Assembly (NCBI GenBank): GCA_014879445.1
Contig: JACSSC010000026.1
Span: 2,033 to 66,032 of the forward strand
DNA: 64,000 nt
Direction of reading: 5' to 3'
DNA from: Candidatus Competibacteraceae bacterium
GTDB lineage: Bacteria > Bacteroidota > Bacteroidia > CAIKAF01
Part shown: positions 26,964 through 36,799 of the stretch, in pieces
Position numbering within the stretch: the first letter of the stretch is position 1
Layout of the letters: the number at the start of each line of letters is the position of its first letter
Notes under the pieces: model-generated
What the model was told of the DNA's origin: nothing
Database searches by the model: none
Seen by the model: only the letters and a program-made list of their open reading frames with translations
Translations under genes and position numbers: made by a program

Positions 26964-29900
26964 ATGAGCTCAAAATCTGTCCCCGACATATCAATTATCA
27001 TTCCCTGTTACAACGATGGCATTCACCTGCCCGAACTCATTAGCAGCATTCCTCCTTCCATTCCGGGAAGGGAAATAGAAATAGTAATTGTTGATGATGG
27101 ATCAACAGACGAGAGAACGCTTTCCATACTAAAAGAAATATCGGGTTTTGCTAAGGTAATATACCAAGCTAATACTGGCGTATCTTCGGCACGCAACAAC
27201 GGAATTCGAAATGCCACCGCCAACTATATTTTGCCGGTAGATGCAGACAACAAAATAACATCCGACCTGATAGACCAATCACTTTGTATTCTAAAAGAGA
27301 ACCCTGCGATTCATATTGTTTATACCGATGCTTATCTATTTGGTAGAGAATCAGGGATAAGAAATACAGGCGATTTTTGCATTCATAAACTTAAACAAGG
27401 AAATTACATAGATACATGTGCCGTGTATCGTCGTAATGTTTGGCTGGAGACAGGAGGTTATGATGAGGCGTTGAACCGCTATACATATGAAGATTGGGAG
27501 TTCTGGCTTCATGCAGCTTCCAAAGGATTTGGATTTTATTATCTCAAACAGCCCCTCTATTATTACCGAATTAAAAACGATACACGAAATGATGCAGGGC
27601 TCGATCCAGACAAAAGAACTTTTATAGTAAAGCACATTATAAAAAAGCATCATACGCTTTTTGAAGAAGATTTTCCTGACACAATAGCTGCCCTTCATGG
27701 CATTATAGCTCTTTGGGAAGGTCCTAATCAAACAAAGTGGGAAGAAGAAAAAAAATTAATACAACAGGCATGCGTTTCTCAGATCAATCAAGTGATTCTC
27801 CAATACGAATCAGAAATTAAAAAACTCGAAAAAGATTTTCAGCATAGAACGGAAGAAAACAAAAACCAATTTGAACTACAGTTAGCAGAAGAAAAAAAAT
27901 CGTCTCAAGAAAAAATCAAAAAAATTGAAGACGAAAACGACAAGCAACTCACTCGACTAACCCATGAATTAGAGTTTGAAAAAACAACAGCCACTAATCA
28001 ACAAATCGTTATAAGAAAATTTGAAGAGCGCATCAGAAGCATGGAAAGTACGCGAACATGGCGATTGCGAAGAGCGTATTACAAAATGCGTAATGTGCTA
28101 AAACAGCCAAAGCGCAAAAAATGGCGTATTCCCGGTTTGGGATGGATTAAAAAAATCATCTTTTTTACACTAGGAAAAGGGCGAATTATGACGAGAAGAT
28201 TATTTAAAAAAATCTTCAAAAGTATGTATCTATGGCTTGAAGAATTTCCTGTTCGCATTGTGCCTGTTAGCCAACTCCCCTATATGTCCATTCCATCTGA
28301 TCCATACGGGCAATGGCGACTTCTAAACGCACCACGTGAAGCTGAATTCAAACAATACAAACAAGCGATTGAAACTTTTTCACACAAACCACTTATTAGT
28401 ATTTTACTCCCTGTTTACAACACGCCCATTCATTTTCTCAAGGCCTGTATTAATTCTGTTGCAGGGCAATTATACGAAAATTGGGAACTCTGTATTGCCG
28501 ATGACGCCTCTACAAATCAAGAAGTACATAAAACGCTTAATGATTATGCCGAAAACGATTATCGCATCCGCGTAACATTTCGTGCCGAAAATGGCCATAT
28601 ATCAGAAAGCAGCAATACCGCACTAAATATGGCGAAGGGAGAATATGTGCTTCTGCTCGACCACGATGATGAATTATCGCATGATTGCCTTTATCATATA
28701 GTAGAACGCATAAATAAAGATGCCAACCTTGACCTAATATATTCTGACGAAGATAAAATAGATGAAAACGGATCACACAGCATGCCACATTTCAAGCCCC
28801 AGTGGTGTCCTGATAGTTTTATGTCTAGAAATTACATTGGCCATGTAGTAGTTTGCCGAACAAATTTGCTGAAAGAGATTGGAGGATTTAGAACAGGTTT
28901 TGAAGGCAGTCAGGATTACGATATGTTATTGCGATTTACAGAACGCACTCAACAGATCGGGCACATTCCAAAAATTTTATACCATTGGCGCATTCATGCT
29001 GCATCAACAGCCAGCTTGGAGGATGCCAAGCCATACGCATACGAAGCAGCAAGAAAAGCCCTGACAGAAGCATGTGAGCGACGCAACGAACCTGCCGAAG
29101 TGCGATTTATCTCCATACTTCGAGGATATTATGCGCCACGTTATCAAATCAAAGACAAACCTAAAGTTTCGATTATTATTCCGACTAAAGACCAAGCACA
29201 TATTCTCGAAACTGCCCTTCGGTCCATTTTTGAAACTAGTTCTTGGAAGAATTTTGAAGTCATAGTGGTTTCAAACAACAGTTCCGAAAAATCACTTTTT
29301 CAACTCCTCAACCTATATAGCCAGAACTATCCCGAGCAATTCAAGTGGTTTAGCTGTGATATTCCTTTCAATTTTTCGCGACTGGTGAATGAAGGTGTTA
29401 AGCAGGCAACCGGCGACTATCTTTTGCTGCTGAATAACGATATTGAAGTTGTAACCACCGATTGGCTCGAAGCTATGATAGAACAGGCGCAAAGAAAATC
29501 AATCGGTGCTGTTGGCGTAAAGCTTCTGTATTACAACGGAAACATACAACACGCCGGAGTAATAATAGGGTTGGGTGGTGTTGCCGGTCATGCCTTTGTT
29601 GGGCTTCACCGCGATGATCCGGGATATTTCAATTATCTGCAATGCATCAATAATTTCAGCGCAGTAACAGCCGCCTGCTTAATGGTAAGCAAAGAGAAAT
29701 TTATTCAAGTCGGCGGATTTGATGAGATGTTTGAAATCGAATTCAACGACGTGGATTTTTGCCTCCGACTTCACAATGCCGGATACAATAATGTGTACCT
29801 ACCACACGTTGAACTTTTCCATTATGAATCATTAACACGTGGGCATCCGCATCTTAGCAAAGAATCATACGACAGGCATGTTCGCGAACTCACCCTCTTT

Positions 29901-29990
29901 ACTTCGCGCTGGAAACACATTGTAGAAAACGATCCCTGCTACAGCCCCAATCTCACTCGTGGCAATCATGATTTTTCACTTGCCTTGTAA
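26964..29990 (+). CDS. Multidomain glycosyltransferase (1008 aa): GT2 domain, ~120-residue coiled coil, then two more GT2 domains
   Basis: Three GT2-A N-terminal signatures: ISIIIPCYNDG... (aa ~10), ISILLPVYNTP... (aa ~475), VSIIIPTKDQA... (aa ~730), each followed by DxD-type motifs (VDAD, DHDDE, NNDIE). Between domains 1 and 2 lies a heptad-rich, charged region (KKLEKDFQHRTEENKNQFELQLAEEKKSSQEKIKKIEDENDKQLTRLTHELEFEK). Confidence 0.85.
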   Translation: MSSKSVPDISIIIPCYNDGIHLPELISSIPPSIPGREIEIVIVDDGSTDERTLSILKEISGFAKVIYQANTGVSSARNNGIRNATANYILPVDADNKITSDLIDQSLCILKENPAIHIVYTDAYLFGRESGIRNTGDFCIHKLKQGNYIDTCAVYRRNVWLETGGYDEALNRYTYEDWEFWLHAASKGFGFYYLKQPLYYYRIKNDTRNDAGLDPDKRTFIVKHIIKKHHTLFEEDFPDTIAALHGIIALWEGPNQTKWEEEKKLIQQACVSQINQVILQYESEIKKLEKDFQHRTEENKNQFELQLAEEKKSSQEKIKKIEDENDKQLTRLTHELEFEKTTATNQQIVIRKFEERIRSMESTRTWRLRRAYYKMRNVLKQPKRKKWRIPGLGWIKKIIFFTLGKGRIMTRRLFKKIFKSMYLWLEEFPVRIVPVSQLPYMSIPSDPYGQWRLLNAPREAEFKQYKQAIETFSHKPLISILLPVYNTPIHFLKACINSVAGQLYENWELCIADDASTNQEVHKTLNDYAENDYRIRVTFRAENGHISESSNTALNMAKGEYVLLLDHDDELSHDCLYHIVERINKDANLDLIYSDEDKIDENGSHSMPHFKPQWCPDSFMSRNYIGHVVVCRTNLLKEIGGFRTGFEGSQDYDMLLRFTERTQQIGHIPKILYHWRIHAASTASLEDAKPYAYEAARKALTEACERRNEPAEVRFISILRGYYAPRYQIKDKPKVSIIIPTKDQAHILETALRSIFETSSWKNFEVIVVSNNSSEKSLFQLLNLYSQNYPEQFKWFSCDIPFNFSRLVNEGVKQATGDYLLLLNNDIEVVTTDWLEAMIEQAQRKSIGAVGVKLLYYNGNIQHAGVIIGLGGVAGHAFVGLHRDDPGYFNYLQCINNFSAVTAACLMVSKEKFIQVGGFDEMFEIEFNDVDFCLRLHNAGYNNVYLPHVELFHYESLTRGHPHLSKESYDRHVRELTLFTSRWKHIVENDPCYSPNLTRGNHDFSLAL

Positions 29991-29994
29991 CCTG

Positions 29995-30696
29995 TCAAAA
30001 AGCAGCTTCCATGCCTAGTTTTACAATGGGCATATCAGGATATCCATATGGGGTTCTGAATAATGGAGTAAAACGAACTGTAGTGACAGCTGCTATATGT
30101 GTCCACCCAAACTTAACATAGGCCTCGCCATAATTTGGCAGAGTATATGCAAGATTATGGGTGCGTGTCTGCTGAGATTCTCCACCAGGTAATTCTTCAT
30201 TATACACATGAAAAAATCGGATAGCCCAAACATGGTTCACGCCTGTTTCAATGTATATTCCATAACTACTTATTCGTTGTTTACCCAAATTAAAACGCAA
30301 AAAACCTCCACTAACAAAGCTCTGTAAATTAAACCATTCCGATTGGTGCAATATTGTGTCGGGCACTACTTTATGATAATCCTGCACCAAACGAAAAGTT
30401 TCGGTTGCGTATTGCAGTTTCACTCCGATATGAAACCATCTGGTAATTTTTCTTTTATAATCCAAGCCCAAGCGGAAATTCACACTATGACCCAAATGCA
30501 CGCGTGCACCATCGCTTTGAGGCCCCAATGCCCAATTGAGCTGCACGTACGGAAAGAGCATGTTAGGTGCATTTCGCCCCCATTTCTTCACACGTGGCGT
30601 ATAAGATACCGAATCTCTCCTGAAAATCATTCGTTGCGAAAAAGCGGAAAATGATATCAGAACTAATAATATTGTAATGAGGTTTTTCTTTATCAT
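29995..30696 (-). CDS. Hypothetical outer-membrane beta-barrel protein
   Basis: Signal peptide MIKKNLITILLVLISFSAFSQ, alternating amphipathic strands, and a C-terminal aromatic residue (...LGMEAAF). Overlaps the upstream S8 protease gene by 4 nt. Confidence 0.5.
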   Translation of the reverse strand: MIKKNLITILLVLISFSAFSQRMIFRRDSVSYTPRVKKWGRNAPNMLFPYVQLNWALGPQSDGARVHLGHSVNFRLGLDYKRKITRWFHIGVKLQYATETFRLVQDYHKVVPDTILHQSEWFNLQSFVSGGFLRFNLGKQRISSYGIYIETGVNHVWAIRFFHVYNEELPGGESQQTRTHNLAYTLPNYGEAYVKFGWTHIAAVTTVRFTPLFRTPYGYPDMPIVKLGMEAAF

Positions 30697-32297
30697 GGTA
30701 TCGTAATTTCAGCGGTATATCCACTCATGTGTAAACGAATGATATCTCCCGATTGAACAAATAAATGGTAAGAGTTTGATTTTTTTATTAAAGATAAATC
30801 ACGAGATAGTGTAAAATTTACCAAATGAGAATTCTCTATCTCTATCAAGCCATATGTCCGCAAAATACCCGATTGGGACTGCACATGAAAATATAGCAAA
30901 GGATTAACATCTGCTGAATGAACAAACAAGCTGTCAGGAAATATTAACAAGTCATCAGCAACAAGTTCTGTTTTGAAACACGGAAAAGGGCGAGGTAGTG
31001 CAAAAAATCTTGCTGCATGCGGAACGCCATAACCATGTGCATAATCAAAATAAGGATACAAATGCGAGGCCTGTTCAATGCGATTAATAATATCAATCGG
31101 TCGCAACGTATCGCCAAGTGCCTGCCATACACAAGCAGCAAGGCCTGCCACAAGTGGCGCCGCAAATGAAGTGCCTTCGGCTGCATATAAAGAAGAGCGT
31201 CCAAATACTGTTACCCATCCCGGGGCACAAACATTGGGCTTAAGACGGCCATCCGCAGTAGGCCCAACAGAACTATAAGACGTTTGAAAATCCGTTTCGG
31301 GCTCCACCGCTCCAACCGTCAGAATATTATCTGCATCAGCAGGAATTATCAATGACTTCCACATACCATTATACTCATTGCCGGCAGCATTCACCAACAA
31401 CATTCCCTTATCAGCGGCCATTGATGCCACACGGCTTAATCTCGATTGCCCATTTAACTCATGTCGTTCAAATCGAGGACTTGCATAGCCCAAAGAGCTG
31501 TTTACAATGTTTGCACCATGCATATCAGCCCATTCTAATGCTGCAATCCAACGATCTTCTTCCTTGCGATTTTCACTAAATACCGATTCGGTGCGTGCCA
31601 GCAGATAAGTAGCCCCTGTTGCAAGGCCGGTTTGTAAAGTATCATTCATACCTGCCAAACATGACAACACCATAGTGCCATGAGTAGCACCTCGATACAC
31701 ATGATTATCTTTTTTTATAAAATCCCAGGTTTTTTCGATACGATTATTTTGAAATAAGTGCGCAAAACCTGACGATTGGGGCACCCCCAAAAATCCTGCA
31801 TCAATGACACATATACGAACGCCTTTGCCTGTGTAATTTTGTTGTTGCAAAAAAGGAAGTCCAATTCTATTAAGCTGATGTTCAGAAAGCGCTTTCAACA
31901 ATGGTACCTTTCTTCCGGATGTAGTGCATATTGCAGTATATTCTTCATCATTTATTTTTTCAATTTGCATCACAAAAGGCAATGTTTTTAACTCTTCTAT
32001 TTGCTTTGCATCAGCATACACCTTAACAGCATTTAACCATCTGCTGCTATAACCCATCGAATCAACATAAAAAGAAACTTGCTGTAAATAGTTGGCACAT
32101 ACCGGATAATCGGAATAATCAAAATCAATGTGCATCAACTCTCTTCGCTGAATAGAATGCGCCGAAAAAAATGAAGAAAGTTGTACCTGAGATGTGTCTC
32201 CTTTGTCGGTCAAATAAACCCACCAAACATCCTGGGCGTACATGCCTGAATAGAAAAGCAAAAATACAATCAGAATAAAAAACCTCAAGACACTCAT
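30693..32297 (-). CDS. Subtilisin-like serine protease (peptidase S8)
   Basis: Asp-His-Ser catalytic triad motifs VRICVIDAGF, GATHGTMVLSCLAG and GTSFAAPLVAGLAAC. Signal peptide present. Confidence 0.85.
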   Translation of the reverse strand: MSVLRFFILIVFLLFYSGMYAQDVWWVYLTDKGDTSQVQLSSFFSAHSIQRRELMHIDFDYSDYPVCANYLQQVSFYVDSMGYSSRWLNAVKVYADAKQIEELKTLPFVMQIEKINDEEYTAICTTSGRKVPLLKALSEHQLNRIGLPFLQQQNYTGKGVRICVIDAGFLGVPQSSGFAHLFQNNRIEKTWDFIKKDNHVYRGATHGTMVLSCLAGMNDTLQTGLATGATYLLARTESVFSENRKEEDRWIAALEWADMHGANIVNSSLGYASPRFERHELNGQSRLSRVASMAADKGMLLVNAAGNEYNGMWKSLIIPADADNILTVGAVEPETDFQTSYSSVGPTADGRLKPNVCAPGWVTVFGRSSLYAAEGTSFAAPLVAGLAACVWQALGDTLRPIDIINRIEQASHLYPYFDYAHGYGVPHAARFFALPRPFPCFKTELVADDLLIFPDSLFVHSADVNPLLYFHVQSQSGILRTYGLIEIENSHLVNFTLSRDLSLIKKSNSYHLFVQSGDIIRLHMSGYTAEITIP

Positions 32298-32348
32298 GAT
32301 GCAATATTAAACAATAAAATATTTTAGCGATCATTTAAGGTAAAGAGT

Positions 32349-32702
32349 ATGTTGAGCAATGCATATATTTGCACTATGAAATGTCGGTATATTCTATCCG
32401 TGGGCATCTTTTTCATGTTTTCATGCAACTATTATTCCGTCAATACAGAAAATAATAATACTTCACACGTTAAAACAGGCAAAGTCATCTATCAAAATGA
32501 ATGTATGATGTGTCATGGCGAAAACGGAAAGAAAAGAGTTTTAGGTGCCGGTGATCTCAGCCAGTCCGTATTAACGATTAGCGAACGAATTGAAATCATA
32601 ACATACGGAAAAAAAAGCATGCCTTCATTTGAACAGCGATTGAAATCAGAACAAATTAGAGAAGTAGCAGAATATTTAGAATCACTGAAGCCACATGATT
32701 GA
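32349..32702 (+). CDS. Class I c-type cytochrome (mono-haem)
   Basis: CxxCH haem-binding motif CMMCHG and distal Met region (KKSMPSF). N-terminal signal/lipobox-like sequence. The stop overlaps the hflX start by 8 nt. Confidence 0.7.
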   Translation: MLSNAYICTMKCRYILSVGIFFMFSCNYYSVNTENNNTSHVKTGKVIYQNECMMCHGENGKKRVLGAGDLSQSVLTISERIEIITYGKKSMPSFEQRLKSEQIREVAEYLESLKPHD

Positions 32703-33906
32703 AATACAAAAAATAGCCGACCGTCCGATGCAATGTGTGCTGGTTGGCATAGCCAATACCAAACAACCGGAAGATAAACTAACTGAATATCTTGACGAAC
32801 TTTCATTTCTTGCCGAAACAGCCGGCATACAAGCAATAAGAAGGTTTACACAACGCCTCGACAAACCATTACCCGGTACATTTATAGGTAGTGGAAAACT
32901 AGAAGAGTTAAAACAATTTGTTGAGGATAATCAAATAGCATGTGTTATTTTTGATGACGAACTTTCGCCTGCCCAATTGCGCAATATAGATAACATTTTC
33001 AACCCCAAAGAACACGATAAAAAAGTTCGGGTTCTTGACCGCACAAATCTGATACTTGACATTTTTGCACAACGAGCACGCACGGCACATGCTCGTACAC
33101 AGGTTGATTTGGCCTATTACAAATATATGTTGCCACGATTAAAAGGGATGTGGACACACCTTGAACGACAGCGTGGAGGAACAGGCACAAGGGGCGGATC
33201 GGGCGAAAAAGAAATTGAAACCGACAGCCGTATTATTCGCGAACGCATTGCCCTGCTCACTGCCAAACTAAAAGAAATTGACAAACAGATGCTCACCCAA
33301 AGAAAAAATCGAGGGGAAATGGTACGTGTGGCTTTAGTTGGATACACCAATGCCGGCAAAAGCACGCTTATGAACATGCTAAGCAAAAGTGACGTGTTTG
33401 CCGAAGATAAACTGTTTGCCACCCTAGACACAACCGTACGAAAAGTAGTAATCGGGAACCTCCCTTTTCTTCTTAGTGACACCGTTGGGTTTATTCGAAA
33501 ATTACCTACCCAACTCATCGAATCTTTTAAATCAACCCTAGATGAACTTCGCGAATCTGATCTATTGCTGCATGTTGTAGATATTTCGCATCCCCAATTT
33601 ACAGACCACTATGCCGTAGTTAACCAAACTTTGGCCGAAATTAACGCTGCAGACAAGCCCACGATTGTTGTTTTCAATAAAGTTGATAATTATATCAATC
33701 CATCATTTGACCCTGACGATATGACCAACAAAAAGGAGCCCACACTTGACGACTGGAAAAAAACCTGGATGTCGAAACTTGGCGACGACTGCATTTTTAT
33801 CTCAGCCACCCAAAAAACCAATATGGAGGCCTTCAGGCAAAAAGTTTACGATCGGATTGCCGAAATTTACAAAATCAGATATCCATACCATCATTTTCTA
33901 TACTGA
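32695..33906 (+). CDS. hflX: GTPase HflX
   Basis: HflX N-terminal domain plus G-domain motifs G1 GYTNAGKST, G3 DTVGF and G4 NKVD. Confidence 0.9.
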   Translation: MIEIQKIADRPMQCVLVGIANTKQPEDKLTEYLDELSFLAETAGIQAIRRFTQRLDKPLPGTFIGSGKLEELKQFVEDNQIACVIFDDELSPAQLRNIDNIFNPKEHDKKVRVLDRTNLILDIFAQRARTAHARTQVDLAYYKYMLPRLKGMWTHLERQRGGTGTRGGSGEKEIETDSRIIRERIALLTAKLKEIDKQMLTQRKNRGEMVRVALVGYTNAGKSTLMNMLSKSDVFAEDKLFATLDTTVRKVVIGNLPFLLSDTVGFIRKLPTQLIESFKSTLDELRESDLLLHVVDISHPQFTDHYAVVNQTLAEINAADKPTIVVFNKVDNYINPSFDPDDMTNKKEPTLDDWKKTWMSKLGDDCIFISATQKTNMEAFRQKVYDRIAEIYKIRYPYHHFLY

Positions 33907-34080
33907 CAGGCCTTTCGAATCAAGCTTAATCCTCTATAAATCAGTTTCTATTGAAAAAATATAATAATTTTTTTTCACGGGTTTGGCAGATAGAAGATGA
34001 TTTCTATATTTTTGCAGCCCTAAAAAAGAAACTGTTTTAGAATTGTTGCGTACTAAACCAATTATTAAACCTAGAATATT

Positions 34081-34302
34081 ATGTACTGGACACTGGAACT
34101 TGCCTCGTATTTAGAAGACGCCCCTTGGCCCGCCACAAAAGACGAACTCATTGATTTCGCCCTGCGAAGTGGTGCACCTATGGAAGTAATCGAAAATTTA
34201 CAGGAGCTCGAAGACGAAAGCGAACCCTTTGAATCCATAGAAGACATTTGGCCTGATTATCCCACCAAAGACGACTTTTTCTTTAATGAAGATGAATACT
34301 GA
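34081..34302 (+). CDS. DUF2795-like small acidic protein
   Basis: 73 aa, MYWTLELASYLEDAPWPATKDELIDFALRSGAP..., matching the conserved small-protein family seen in Bacteroidota. Family name given from memory. Confidence 0.55.
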   Translation: MYWTLELASYLEDAPWPATKDELIDFALRSGAPMEVIENLQELEDESEPFESIEDIWPDYPTKDDFFFNEDEY

Positions 34303-34379
34303 TTTCAGGATTTTCATCTCATTTTCAGCTATCTGAGTTAACTTACTCAATACCGTTGTCCTATTTTCATCAAAAATGC

Positions 34380-34387
34380 TATTTTTG
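34380..34387 (+). promoter_or_regulatory. Candidate Bacteroidota sigma-A -7 box (TAttTTTG), with a TTG -33-like element 21 bp upstream, in front of the TatT/TRAP operon
   Basis: TATTTTTG at 34380..34387, 22 nt upstream of ATG 34410; TTG at 34356..34358. Matches the TAnnTTTG consensus. Confidence 0.3.
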
Positions 34388-34409
34388 TAGCAAACTAAAC
34401 ATTTCGTAC

Positions 34410-35222
34410 ATGAAAAATTTCATTATTGCATTGCTCATGGTTTCGTCATTGCAATCATTCTCACAAGGAAAGATTGATGAAATAAAATCATTGTTTGCTC
34501 AGCGCTCACAGGCCGACAAGCTCAATGAGTGTATTCGCATAGGTGAGGAAGAATTGAGCCGAGAAATAAATCGTGAAGTGGCCGTTTATGTTGCCCGAGC
34601 ATATTATTTCAAGGGCGAAACCGAAGCTGACAAGAATGCCAAATTAGAGATTTATCTCAAAGGCGTATCGGCCGGTGAAAAAGCGCTGAGTACAGTTCCC
34701 AGCTATAATGAGGCAATAAGCAAAACAAAAAAAGAAGAAGAAGCCATTAAATCAGTAGCAAAAGAAGACATCGAGGCCATGTACTGGATAGCAGCCAATC
34801 TGGCACGCTATGCCAAGTTTGCGCCATTTGGAAAAAAACTTTCTGTAAAAGGTCGTGTTCGCTATTTGTGGGACCATGTTTTGGCTGTTGATCCTGATTT
34901 TAATTATGGAGGCGTATATCGTTTCTTTGGTGGATATTTTTCTTTAGTGCCTAGCATTACAGGCGAACAAGACCCAACCAAGTCGAAAGAAATGTTTGAC
35001 AAAGGCGTTGCTTCTGCACCTCATTATCTCGAAACAAAAGTACTGTATGCTGAAGCATATTGCACACACGCCAAAATCAAAAACCGCGAATTATTTAACA
35101 AACTACTAGAAGAAGTATTGGCTGAAGACATTTCTAAATATCCCGATATATTTCCAGAAAACGATTCGGCACAAAAAAAAGCAAAAGACCTATTAGCGCA
35201 AGCAAACGAACTTTTTGAATAA
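34410..35222 (+). CDS. TatT-like TPR lipoprotein (TRAP transporter TatT component family)
   Basis: Signal peptide MKNFIIALLMVSSLQSFSQ, helical repeat-rich protein, positioned directly upstream of dctP/Q/M as in TPAT systems. ATG at 34410 chosen over the longer track ORF. Confidence 0.55.
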   Translation: MKNFIIALLMVSSLQSFSQGKIDEIKSLFAQRSQADKLNECIRIGEEELSREINREVAVYVARAYYFKGETEADKNAKLEIYLKGVSAGEKALSTVPSYNEAISKTKKEEEAIKSVAKEDIEAMYWIAANLARYAKFAPFGKKLSVKGRVRYLWDHVLAVDPDFNYGGVYRFFGGYFSLVPSITGEQDPTKSKEMFDKGVASAPHYLETKVLYAEAYCTHAKIKNRELFNKLLEEVLAEDISKYPDIFPENDSAQKKAKDLLAQANELFE

Positions 35223-35243
35223 TTGATGCTTAAAATAACCCGT

Positions 35244-36254
35244 ATGAAAAAAATTGTTGTTTCATTATGTGTCGGCTTGCTGTTTATTCTTCAGTCCGAA
35301 TCACAAACAAATTATAAATTTCGCTTTGGTAGTGTTATACCTCCCGACAGTCCTTGGGAAGAAGGCATCAATGAATATGTCAAAAAGGTAGAGAACAAAT
35401 CCGGCGGTCAGATTACTTTCAAAAAGTATTTGGGAGGTCAGTTAGGAGGTGAGGTGGAAATGATTAAAAGTATTGCCATGGGATCGCTTGACGGTGGGGC
35501 CTTTTCAACTGCTGCCCTCGCCGAAGCGCTCAATATACCAGAACTTGAAACACTCGAACTACCTTTTCTTTTTGAATCCGACAAAGAAGCTGATTATGTA
35601 ATGGATAATCTCTTTGATGTGATTGGAAAATATTTTGAAGACAAAGGCGTAATACTCATTATGTGGGGAACCAACGGTTGGCGAAGTTTTGGTGTTAAAA
35701 ACAAGCCCATTCAAGGCCCAAATGATCTAAAAGGGTTGAAAATGCGCTCTCAGGAATCAAGTGTGTATATCAACTTTTATAAGACCATGGGCTCAACGGC
35801 AGTGCCTTTAGCCATTCCAGATGTGCTGATGTCGCTAAAAACAGGTATGGTTGACGGATACGATCAAACTCCTATTTTTTCCTATTCTACCGGATGGATT
35901 AATAGCGTAAGTTATTTTTCTGTTACTCGACACATTTACCAGCCAGGAGCCATAGTGGTTTCAAAAAAATTCTACGACAAATTAGACGACAACCTCAAAC
36001 AAGCGCTAATAGTGAAATCTGAACGCGCTACCTTGCAAGCCAAATCACGCTCGTTGGTTCGAGCTGAAGACCAAGCAACACTTGAAGGATTTCCTGCGTT
36101 GGGCGTAAAAGTTAATACCCTTACTAAAGCCCAGCGCGACGAATTCAAAAAGGCCTCCGAACCTGTATATAAACAATTAGAATCAAAAGTCGGTTCGCAT
36201 ATCATCAAATTGGTTCGAAACAAAATCAAGGAGTATCAATCATCATCTAAGTAG
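35244..36254 (+). CDS. TRAP transporter substrate-binding protein (DctP family)
   Basis: Signal peptide MKKIVVSLCVGLLFILQS and DctP-family pattern. The track start is TTG at 35223; ATG at 35244. Confidence 0.8.
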   Translation: MKKIVVSLCVGLLFILQSESQTNYKFRFGSVIPPDSPWEEGINEYVKKVENKSGGQITFKKYLGGQLGGEVEMIKSIAMGSLDGGAFSTAALAEALNIPELETLELPFLFESDKEADYVMDNLFDVIGKYFEDKGVILIMWGTNGWRSFGVKNKPIQGPNDLKGLKMRSQESSVYINFYKTMGSTAVPLAIPDVLMSLKTGMVDGYDQTPIFSYSTGWINSVSYFSVTRHIYQPGAIVVSKKFYDKLDDNLKQALIVKSERATLQAKSRSLVRAEDQATLEGFPALGVKVNTLTKAQRDEFKKASEPVYKQLESKVGSHIIKLVRNKIKEYQSSSK

Positions 36255-36263
36255 TATTCGTTC

Positions 36264-36797
36264 ATGAAACTTACTACCGCTTATTTAAAAATCAATTCAG
36301 TTTTCGAAAAAGTTGAGAAAGTCATCGCTGTTCTACTCATTTTATCTATCGTTGTTGTCGTATTTGCGGGTACTGTTTCTCGGTACATATGGAACATCCC
36401 CATTTTTGGCATTGACCGTCTAGGCACATATCTGATGGTTTGGTTAGGTTTTGTGGGATTTCAGATTGCCACATCCAAGATCCGGCACATAGAAGTTGAA
36501 TTTGTAAAAGCCCGCGTAAAACCTGCCACCAAATACCTGCTCAATATCATATCAAGTTTTACTGCCGCCATCGTAATTTTTATTTTTGGAATACTGAGCT
36601 ACCGTTACACAAAAATCAGTTTTGAATTTAAAGATATTGATACAGTACTTAACTTGCCGATGTGGGTTGTGATTGCTATCATTCCCGTTAGCTTTTTCAT
36701 TTCATCCATTCGCTTTCTATTTATTGCATTGCTATGGAATGATATTAGAATGGGAAAACGCGTTGAAGCAGATATTATAAAAAAACAACTCCTCTGA
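36264..36797 (+). CDS. TRAP transporter small permease (DctQ family)
   Basis: 177 aa with four TM segments. Positioned between dctP and dctM, 2 nt before the dctM start. Confidence 0.75.
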   Translation: MKLTTAYLKINSVFEKVEKVIAVLLILSIVVVVFAGTVSRYIWNIPIFGIDRLGTYLMVWLGFVGFQIATSKIRHIEVEFVKARVKPATKYLLNIISSFTAAIVIFIFGILSYRYTKISFEFKDIDTVLNLPMWVVIAIIPVSFFISSIRFLFIALLWNDIRMGKRVEADIIKKQLL

Positions 36798-36799
36798 TT

